Source: Promethearchaeia archaeon
GTDB taxonomy: Archaea > Asgardarchaeota > Lokiarchaeia > Sigyniarchaeales > SOKP01
Direction of reading: 5' to 3'
Assembly: GCA_029856145.1 (NCBI GenBank)
Contig: JAHQWK010000021.1
Location: 1-27,354, forward strand
Length of the DNA: 27,354 nucleotides
Positions 8,873 through 16,463 of the stretch are shown piece after piece. Each line of letters starts with the position of its first letter. Within the stretch, counting starts at the first letter, position 1. Below the pieces are notes generated by a model, which saw only the letters and a list, made by a program, of their open reading frames with translations, was not told the DNA's origin and ran no database searches. A program made the position numbers and the translations under genes.

Positions 8873-11800
8873 ATGAAATTCTTCAAAAACAAATCCTTAT
8901 TTATATTATTTATTCTAATAGTAAGCCTCAGTTTGCCATTCTATAACATATTTTCAAATAATGATACTAGATATCAAACAAACGAACCTTACACTATTTA
9001 CCCTCAAGCAATTAACCGGACAGGAAAAATCTTCAGCAATATTACGAGAATCAATAAAGATTGCTATATTAATCAAGAGTTTCCCAGTTTGAACAATCAA
9101 CCGAACATTTTTATACCAAACTATAATATATCACATGCTAAAATGACTTTCGAAAATATAACAGCTGTTAATTACACAAGAAATATAGAGAGTGATTTCT
9201 CTGAATTTATTTTTAGTTCTCGAAATGGGCCGACATTTATTTATCAAAAATTTGCCATAGAAATAAGCCAATTTGTTAATAATGTAAGTATACTTGTCCA
9301 AGATCTTAATGATCCAACTTCCTTTACAGATGAAAATTCTTGGGAAATAGCTATAGTAAATTGTCTAAACGATACCAATGGGACACCGAATCCAAATGAA
9401 ACAATAGGGTTATTACAAAAACCGCATCCTATAAGTTACGCTACTCATTGGGAAGTATTTGATTTTAAAAATTCAGGTTCAGGACCAATATACTTGGATA
9501 TTAAAAATACAAACTTTACTTTAGATTCGGGGATTAGTAAGTATTGGTTTGCTTTTAGAATAAAAATTCCTCAAGATGATACTCATTTAGGTGGGGGACC
9601 AAAATTCCTATACTTTAATCCGGATGTAGGATCATCTGATAATATAGGAGAAGGTAGCACATATGCAATATCACCTGATTTTTATTTCGATGATTACACA
9701 GTGAATAATGTGAGAAATGTAGAGATAAAAAATGGTACTTATTCAGATGGAGACCTCGGATCCTATAAATTTATTGATGAAGATCGATACAAAGTAACTG
9801 ATCCTCAAAATATAACTGTTGATGTTACTTTCAATTTGAAAGAATTAAAGAATTCACCATATACATTTTATGAGCTATTTAGAGAGAGTCACAAACTCAA
9901 TTGGCTGTATGATCATTATAAGTATATTTTTAGCTTTGATATCTATCTCATGTTGAACGTCTCTAATATTATAGATATAACATCGTCTCAATTGTATATA
10001 AGGAACTATAGGGCATTACTTTTTCAACCAAAATGGGTTCCACTTGAATATGATATTAAAAAGGGAAATGAAACTTTAATTTATTATTCAGTTAGAAGTC
10101 CTCATGAAAAATTACTAATGCTTTATTTTATGGACAATCGTCCACTAATAGGAAATAATACTCTTCAATTCAAACTCGATTATCAAAGCACAAGTGAAAT
10201 TAATCTTTCTATAAATCAATTTAAAGTGGAAGTGGGGGAATTAGAAAATCTTGATACAATTCAGCGTCATGATCCATTAATACAAGAATTATATTTTCCT
10301 ACTGATGTAGAGATTATTAATGGAACAACTTCGATTTTTGGAGATCAAACAGTTGACGCATTCCAATATAATGATAATGATTACTATAAAGCTCAGGCTC
10401 TTACAAATAACCTTTCTTATTTTGTTAGTTTCAATGTTTTAGAGGATTTCGACAGTTCATTATGGGACATTGATTATTATGATTGGATTGCATCATATCC
10501 AAACCCTATAGTACCTCAAATGGATATAAGAATCACATCTAATGTAAGCAGACCTGATAATCTAGATATAGCGGCATTAGCACTCTATAAAGGAGATAAA
10601 ACCTTTGATATTCTTGACGATGAACAGAATAACGCAAGTTGGATTATAATGAGCGGATTTAGAGAGTTTGCTTATGAAGATGAAACTACTGTAGTACTTC
10701 AATATGATGCCGGTTTCACATGGCTCTTTTTAAATGTTTTAAATGAATCAAGAAATAATGAAGCAAAATTGATATTAGTATATTATACAAATGAAACATT
10801 GGATTATGGATTTAATGTATCAGTCAATGAATTTACCATAAATTTATACATACAAAATGCGATAACATCTGATATCTCATCATCAATAGGTTTAGGGATA
10901 AATAATAATGCACTGACTCCCTCTGATTTGATGTTAAGAAATTTTGGCACAAATATAGTAGATACTGGAATTGGAAGTGGCATTTGGGAAGGAGAAATAG
11001 ATAATGCGGAGTTTTCTCAGGGATTTTTTGAATTCAATGTAACCTCACTTTGGCATTCGATAAGATTTGATGTAAATGGTACTTATGAGATTTTCAAAAA
11101 AATTCCAACATTAGAATTTTTAGAAAGCCCTGCTTCTCAATATATGACAGGAACTTCGTTTTTTTCTGTAAGAATAACTGATTATGGGGGGAAACCACTA
11201 GAAAATTTTGATATAATATTCGAAGTATTAAATGCTAATGGGATCCCGGTATATGAAACTAATTCGAGATCAAATGACGAAGGTGTCGCGTTTGCAACTT
11301 TGCAATTTGGAAATACTGGAGAAAGATTTTCAATTCGAGCTAGATTTGTTGAATCAGGATTTTATACCAGTGGCGAAGTAATCTCAGGATACATTCGAGT
11401 GGTAGATGAATTTATGCTATTTATGGATAAATTCCTTACGTATTTACCATATATTATTATAGGTGCTGTAGCAATCGCGACAGCCTTAACAGCAAGAAGT
11501 ATAAAATATTCAAAATTACGACGATTTTGGGGGGGAGAAGCAAAGATCTTAGATGATTTAGTAAAAATCTCTTACATTATGATTATACATAAAGAGGTAG
11601 GAGTTTCAATATTTAATAAGCAAATATCGTTAGAAGATATTGATTCTGATTTAATCTCTGGATTCCTACAAGCAATATCGCAATTTAGAAGTGAGATCAA
11701 AAAAGGATCTACCGCTACAAAAGGGAAAGAATTTGAAATGGATTATGGTGACTTTAAAATTGTTATTGCTGATGGCGATTATGTTAGGGTTGCTTTAATA

Positions 11801-12187
11801 TTAGATGGTTTACCCTCAGAAAAACTGAAAGAAAATCATTGGTTATTCATAGAAGATTTTGAGAAAAGATTTGGCCCACAATTAAAAGAATTTACTGGAG
11901 AACTAACTCCATTTAGAACAGCGGATGATCTAATTGAAAAACATTTCAATATAACTCTGGTTTATCCTCTTCAACTAGGAAGACATTTTGGTGTTATCAA
12001 ATTAAAAGGATTAGAAAAGGCTCTTATTGAAGTAGCTGAGCAGATTCAAAAAGAACGGAAATTTTTCTTTATTTCTAGTCTACTAAATTTTGCTTTAGCA
12101 GGACGAAAAGCATCTCGAGATGAAATAATAAGTGTGATAATTGATTTAAAAAGGAAAGGACTAATAGTTCCCGCAGAAATTGGTTAA
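8873..12187 (+). CDS. Large single-pass membrane protein: signal/anchor, glycosylated beta-rich ectodomain with Ig-like unit, TM, cytoplasmic longin-like domain and C-terminal wHTH-like domain
   Basis: N-terminal hydrophobic signal and more than 20 N-X-S/T sequons. Ig-like segment SVRITDYGGKPLENFDIIF...SNDEGVA. TM LPYIIIGAVAIATALTA. The cytoplasmic part YIMIIHKEVGVSIF...DSDLISGFLQAISQFRSEI...MDYGDFKIVIADGDYVRVALIL matches the longin pattern. Confidence 0.8.
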   Translation: MKFFKNKSLFILFILIVSLSLPFYNIFSNNDTRYQTNEPYTIYPQAINRTGKIFSNITRINKDCYINQEFPSLNNQPNIFIPNYNISHAKMTFENITAVNYTRNIESDFSEFIFSSRNGPTFIYQKFAIEISQFVNNVSILVQDLNDPTSFTDENSWEIAIVNCLNDTNGTPNPNETIGLLQKPHPISYATHWEVFDFKNSGSGPIYLDIKNTNFTLDSGISKYWFAFRIKIPQDDTHLGGGPKFLYFNPDVGSSDNIGEGSTYAISPDFYFDDYTVNNVRNVEIKNGTYSDGDLGSYKFIDEDRYKVTDPQNITVDVTFNLKELKNSPYTFYELFRESHKLNWLYDHYKYIFSFDIYLMLNVSNIIDITSSQLYIRNYRALLFQPKWVPLEYDIKKGNETLIYYSVRSPHEKLLMLYFMDNRPLIGNNTLQFKLDYQSTSEINLSINQFKVEVGELENLDTIQRHDPLIQELYFPTDVEIINGTTSIFGDQTVDAFQYNDNDYYKAQALTNNLSYFVSFNVLEDFDSSLWDIDYYDWIASYPNPIVPQMDIRITSNVSRPDNLDIAALALYKGDKTFDILDDEQNNASWIIMSGFREFAYEDETTVVLQYDAGFTWLFLNVLNESRNNEAKLILVYYTNETLDYGFNVSVNEFTINLYIQNAITSDISSSIGLGINNNALTPSDLMLRNFGTNIVDTGIGSGIWEGEIDNAEFSQGFFEFNVTSLWHSIRFDVNGTYEIFKKIPTLEFLESPASQYMTGTSFFSVRITDYGGKPLENFDIIFEVLNANGIPVYETNSRSNDEGVAFATLQFGNTGERFSIRARFVESGFYTSGEVISGYIRVVDEFMLFMDKFLTYLPYIIIGAVAIATALTARSIKYSKLRRFWGGEAKILDDLVKISYIMIIHKEVGVSIFNKQISLEDIDSDLISGFLQAISQFRSEIKKGSTATKGKEFEMDYGDFKIVIADGDYVRVALILDGLPSEKLKENHWLFIEDFEKRFGPQLKEFTGELTPFRTADDLIEKHFNITLVYPLQLGRHFGVIKLKGLEKALIEVAEQIQKERKFFFISSLLNFALAGRKASRDEIISVIIDLKRKGLIVPAEIG

Positions 12188-12207
12188 TTAATATAATAAA
12201 AATTAAA

Positions 12208-12223
12208 TTTTTTTTTCTTTTTT
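12208..12223 (+). terminator. Putative archaeal oligo-T terminator
   Basis: T9-C-T6 tract about 20 nt after the stop at 12187. Confidence 0.45.
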
Positions 12224-12283
12224 AATTATATATATATTTACGATTCAAATCATTTTATATCGAGGGAATTTGAGATTAAAGAG

Positions 12284-13570
12284 CTGGAAATACAAACTAT
12301 CCTCAAACTGATTTCAAAGTTTATTCAAAAAGATGTTGGTTCTCTGCCTGTAGACTTACGTAAAAACTATAATATTATTCATTATTATAATGAGATCATT
12401 CGATTTTGGAGTAAATTAAACTTTATAATTAAAAAGACACTTATGGGCTCTAATTCTCTTGATGATGATACAATCTCTAAATATTTATATACTACTTATA
12501 GAGTATTATGGGAGCATGCTTCTGAAAAGGAAATTATAAAAGAGGTAAAGATACTTGACAAAAAATTTTTAAATAAACTTAGATCCTTTTCTTGGAATAA
12601 AGCTCTTATTCATAAAGATGAAAAAGAAAAACTAAGCATTATTCAATCAATCCCAAGTTTCATGATTGTACATCTACTCCCTGTAATGAATATTGATTTT
12701 CTAAAGAAAAATGTTAAATTTATGAATAGAATAGGAAGTAAGATCGAAGTTTCTGTACGTGTCAACAATCTTTATAGAAAATTAAGTTCCAAGGATTTAT
12801 CAACACAAATCACAGAAAAATTTAATAAAGATAAAATAGATTATCGTAAAGATCATGATATTCCAGAAATGTTTTGGATCCCATTATCCCAAAAGAATAG
12901 AGTTGTTCGCAATTATTTCTACCAAAAAGGATTTCTTATATTTCAAGATAAAGCATCAGCAACAGTTATTAAAACATTATTTCCTAGAGAAGAAGATAGA
13001 ATATGCGATATGTGTGCGGCTCCAGGAATAAAAACCAGTTTAATAGCTCAATATATGAATAACAAGGGTCATATTTTAGCAGGAGATTTTCTACTTGAAA
13101 GGGTTAAGATGATGAAAATATTACTCACTCAATTAAATGTTTTAAATGTACATATCATTAATACAGATAGCATTATTTTCCCCATTCGGTTTCAAAATCA
13201 TTTTGATAAAATATTGCTGGATGCTCCTTGTACTGGATCAGGAAACTTATTAGCTAATCCCGAATTAAAATGGAGACAAAACAAAAAATTCTTACGACAA
13301 AATTTAATTCTACAAAGGAAGCTAATCGAAAGTGCTTTAAAGTTATTAAAACCTAATGGAATTTTCGTCTATTCTACTTGTAGTCTTTATCCAGAGGAAG
13401 GAGAATATCAAATATTAGATTTTATCGATTATTTAGAACCCTTAGATTTACCGAAATGGGTATCTCCAAGTTATAAGATCAATAATAATACTGTACCGGG
13501 AACCGGAAGGTTATTCCCCTCAATCCATCAAACCCAAGGCTTTTTTATAGGAAAATTCAAAAAAAAGTGA
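12284..13570 (+). CDS. RsmB/NOP2/NSUN-family RNA m5C methyltransferase
   Basis: FQDKAS, DMCAAPGIKT, ILLDAPCTGSG and VYSTCSLYPEEGE, so both catalytic Cys are present. The frame is open and coding-like for 53 codons above ATG 12443. The start is tentatively placed at CTG 12284. Confidence 0.9.
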   Translation: MEIQTILKLISKFIQKDVGSLPVDLRKNYNIIHYYNEIIRFWSKLNFIIKKTLMGSNSLDDDTISKYLYTTYRVLWEHASEKEIIKEVKILDKKFLNKLRSFSWNKALIHKDEKEKLSIIQSIPSFMIVHLLPVMNIDFLKKNVKFMNRIGSKIEVSVRVNNLYRKLSSKDLSTQITEKFNKDKIDYRKDHDIPEMFWIPLSQKNRVVRNYFYQKGFLIFQDKASATVIKTLFPREEDRICDMCAAPGIKTSLIAQYMNNKGHILAGDFLLERVKMMKILLTQLNVLNVHIINTDSIIFPIRFQNHFDKILLDAPCTGSGNLLANPELKWRQNKKFLRQNLILQRKLIESALKLLKPNGIFVYSTCSLYPEEGEYQILDFIDYLEPLDLPKWVSPSYKINNNTVPGTGRLFPSIHQTQGFFIGKFKKK

Positions 13571-13584
13571 TAATTACACTCAAT

Positions 13585-14397
13585 ATGTCAAAAAGTAAAT
13601 TTTGGACTGTAGGACAGATTGATGCTACGGGCGTTCGAGGTCCTCATGAGAAAGAGCTTGAAGACATTAGTAAAGTGAAATATCCTCTTTTTATAAACTT
13701 AGAAATGGATCTCCTAAAAGATATTGTCTATAATGAATTAGGTGGTAAAATTGAAAACATTGGTTTTAGTGAAGATTGGACAATTTTCATTGAGATGTTC
13801 CCTGAAGTAAATATTCATATGGCATATAGTTATTTCGGAGATGAGTTTGGTGATGGTATTGAAGCTGAATTTAAATTTTATCTTTCAGGAAAGCGAGTTT
13901 TTTGGGTTCCAGGAGAAGATAGTGCCACATTTATTGATATTGTTATGAATTTCATTGAAAGAAAAATAAAAGGGAAGGAACCGTTTGAAAAGAACTATAA
14001 AATCAAAACAGAACTAATGGAAACAGTTTTAAAACAAAGAAGTGAGCCCTTTATTTTTTTAAAAGATGATGAGAAAGAGAAATTAGCCACTTTTCTTGGA
14101 GCAAAAGTGTGGAAAGTAGCTAATGGGTGGCGTATAAAAAAAGAATTTTTCCCAGAAATTTTCATTGAAATTATTTGGGAGGATCAAAATGGTTTAGATA
14201 TAAAGTTCTCAGGGAATAATCTGTCTAGAAATATTGACAGTTATCATATAGAATTTGTCGGTATCTTCTTCGTTAATCATATATTAAGATTTATTACTGT
14301 CAATAATATGGATAAAAAATTACCCGACATCTGTTATATTATGTTCTCAAGGTATTACACAAAGAATATAGGCAAATGGGAGCATAGAGTAAGATAA
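13585..14397 (+). CDS. Hypothetical protein with two tandem DUF3786-like units
   Basis: Internal duplication: WTIFIEMFPEVNIHMAYSYFGDEF...FYLSG versus WRIKKEFFPEIFIEIIWEDQNG...KFSG. The start is either GTG 13567, overlapping the RsmB stop, or ATG 13585. The domain call is by resemblance only. Confidence 0.65.
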   Translation: MSKSKFWTVGQIDATGVRGPHEKELEDISKVKYPLFINLEMDLLKDIVYNELGGKIENIGFSEDWTIFIEMFPEVNIHMAYSYFGDEFGDGIEAEFKFYLSGKRVFWVPGEDSATFIDIVMNFIERKIKGKEPFEKNYKIKTELMETVLKQRSEPFIFLKDDEKEKLATFLGAKVWKVANGWRIKKEFFPEIFIEIIWEDQNGLDIKFSGNNLSRNIDSYHIEFVGIFFVNHILRFITVNNMDKKLPDICYIMFSRYYTKNIGKWEHRVR

Positions 14398-14428
14398 AAT
14401 TAAAAAAAGATAATATTAATAAAAAATT

Positions 14429-14992
14429 TTAAATTGCAGTCCAAATTATTGACCTGCCTTTTTTTTCTGCCCGTGTAATTTTTTTTGAGCTCTCTAAATC
14501 TGACATAACTTTCCAAATTTGGGAATTACTTAATTTAAAGTATCTCCTCAATTCTGGAGTGGACATTTTGGTACCATTTAATAAATTCGGGATTAATCTT
14601 CTTATTTCGTCTATTGTATCCTCATCAGAATCAGAATCTTTAGGACTCTCCCCTTCATCTTCATTTACTTCCATTTCTATTATTATTTTGGAAGCAATTT
14701 TGTTCAATTGTTTAATGTTAGTATCGAGATTTTTGGGTTTCATAAAAAGACAACAGAGTTCTAAATCTCTAGGAAAGGCAACAATATAGAACTTATCATA
14801 CAATATTGCTCTAGGTTTTTTGACTGATTCATTTCCACCACGAAAAGCTAAATAAAAATTCATCGCAAAATCGTCTAAACTTACCCTTTTTCCTACACTA
14901 GTATATTCCTTTTTCCACTTAAGAAATGGACCATCAATCATATCAAATCCAATTAACGCTGCCCCAAAAATTTCGCTTTCAGTAAAATTCAT
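14429..14992 (-). CDS. uDENN/longin-like domain fused through an acidic linker to a winged helix-turn-helix
   Basis: N-terminus IFGAALIGFDMIDGPFLKW has the (hydrophobic strand)-FD-x3-GP start of uDENN/longin folds. Linker EDEGESPKDSDSDEDT. C-terminal wHTH MSTPELRRYFKLSNSQIWKVMSDLESSKKITRAEKKGRSIIW. Confidence 0.7.
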   Translation of the reverse strand: MNFTESEIFGAALIGFDMIDGPFLKWKKEYTSVGKRVSLDDFAMNFYLAFRGGNESVKKPRAILYDKFYIVAFPRDLELCCLFMKPKNLDTNIKQLNKIASKIIIEMEVNEDEGESPKDSDSDEDTIDEIRRLIPNLLNGTKMSTPELRRYFKLSNSQIWKVMSDLESSKKITRAEKKGRSIIWTAI

Positions 14993-15516
14993 TCTTTTAA
15001 CCTCCTCCTTATTGCTACTTTATCTAATTCTTTTTTAATAATATTCATTAATTTCATACGTTCTGAAGGATTTATTGCTGTTAATCCATAGGTTTTAATG
15101 TGCAGTATATCTTCGACTCTCTTAAAATCCATTCGTCCTTCCTTTTTTACTAAATCCTGCTTATTTGCGATAGCGATTATAGGACATTCTCTTCCTACAA
15201 AATGGCAAGCATAAGTAATTAAATCTCTTGAACTTAATACATTTCTTGGCGTTGAGTCAGTAATAATAAAAATAATATCCGATCCTAAAAGGTAATCTCT
15301 AGAATAAGTTTTTAAATAACTCTGTTGACCTCCTAGGTCCCATAGTCTCAGAATATAATCATCAACCTTAATAGTTTTTAAATCTAATCCATGAGTGGGA
15401 AAGTATAATCGATCTATTTCATTTTTAGCTAGAAGTTTTGCCAATGTAGTTTTTCCCGTGGCAGGATAACCTATTAATGTCACCTTTGCCAGCTTATCTA
15501 TTTCAGAACTCAACAT
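14989..15516 (-). CDS. Ras-superfamily small GTPase, Arf-like (Asgard type)
   Basis: G1 GYPATGKT, G2 PT, G3 WDLGGQ, G4 NKQD, G5 TAI; 175 aa. Its stop overlaps the next gene's start by 4 nt (ATGA). Confidence 0.93.
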   Translation of the reverse strand: MLSSEIDKLAKVTLIGYPATGKTTLAKLLAKNEIDRLYFPTHGLDLKTIKVDDYILRLWDLGGQQSYLKTYSRDYLLGSDIIFIITDSTPRNVLSSRDLITYACHFVGRECPIIAIANKQDLVKKEGRMDFKRVEDILHIKTYGLTAINPSERMKLMNIIKKELDKVAIRRRLKE

Positions 15517-15609
15517 TTCAATACATAAAATTAGATGGTTTATTAAGAAAGAATGAGATGAAAAGAAAATATGAATTTAAATAATATGTTGATAATATCG
15601 GCGTAATAC

Positions 15610-15618
15610 AAAAAAAAA
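15610..15618 (-). terminator. Putative oligo-T terminator after the 7-TM gene
   Basis: Forward A9 run (T9 on the minus strand) about 24 nt downstream of the stop at 15642. Confidence 0.4.
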
Positions 15619-15641
15619 GATATTAATTTAAAAAATGGGAT

Positions 15642-16367
15642 TTATCGATTTTTCAATAGGAACTTTTTCATCCATTTAGGCAGGATAAAACCTCCATACC
15701 AACAAATAGCACTCAAGATTAAGATTAATCTAATAATTATTATCGTTGCTTCATTAAAAGGTACAGATGAGTCCAACAACGCTCCAACTGAAAAGCTAAT
15801 ATAAGCGATTATTAATAGTTTCCCCTTGAGTTTTACTTCTGGATCTTTAGATTTTAGAGAAAGATTGGCAAATAAAAAGCCAGTAATTACAACGATCAAA
15901 AGAAAGATTATTAGAAATACCATTATAAAAGACTTATAATTTACATTAACTGGGCCACTCAAATCACCTATTAAATCTGGATTCAAAAATAGGAAACTGA
16001 AAAATAAGATCTCAAAGACTACACCGATTATTGCAAATATTGAAAGAATTAACTTACGTTTTTCGGAATATAGGAATTCCGTAAAAGCTAATAACCAAAA
16101 AACTATTGCCAGGGGTACCAAAATGTTACCAATTAGAAAGTATGCTTGTGGGGGAATTCCAACACCGTTAGATAAAGCTACGAGAAATGAAACGCTTGAT
16201 GGCCACCATGGCTCACTGATAAGTATCCATGTAGCCCCAACCATTAAATATATCCTTTCTTTATATTTAAAGTATCTTGAGAGGATTACAAAACCAACAA
16301 ATAAAGAAATAGCAACAAAAATAAGAGAAAATATACCATTCAGTGTATCTATAGGACTTAATGACAT
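15642..16367 (-). CDS. Stand-alone 7-TM membrane protein (HisKA_7TM-like sensor-type, Lokiarchaeia-expanded family)
   Basis: Seven hydrophobic segments in 241 aa, EPWWP in TM2, basic cytoplasmic loops (RYFKYKER, KSKDPEVKLKGK), C-terminal GFILPKWMKK, and no soluble output domain. Confidence 0.75.
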   Translation of the reverse strand: MSLSPIDTLNGIFSLIFVAISLFVGFVILSRYFKYKERIYLMVGATWILISEPWWPSSVSFLVALSNGVGIPPQAYFLIGNILVPLAIVFWLLAFTEFLYSEKRKLILSIFAIIGVVFEILFFSFLFLNPDLIGDLSGPVNVNYKSFIMVFLIIFLLIVVITGFLFANLSLKSKDPEVKLKGKLLIIAYISFSVGALLDSSVPFNEATIIIIRLILILSAICWYGGFILPKWMKKFLLKNR

Positions 16368-16463
16368 ATGCTTTTTTTTTATAATTTTATTAGTATAAAT
16401 AAAAATTAAGAGACTGGATTATATAAATTTTGAATTTTTTAAATTATATTAATCTAAAAGAAT

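Noticed and set aside
14559-14789. 76-aa Ser-rich plus-strand ORF
   Set aside because: Mirror of the acidic linker in the uDENN-wHTH gene.
15642-16367. Microbial rhodopsin or true GPCR identity for the 7-TM protein
   Set aside because: No retinal-binding Lys motif (DxxxK/SxxxK) in TM7 and no DRY/NPxxY motifs.
16123-16398. 91-aa plus-strand ORF
   Set aside because: Antisense shadow of the 7-TM gene.
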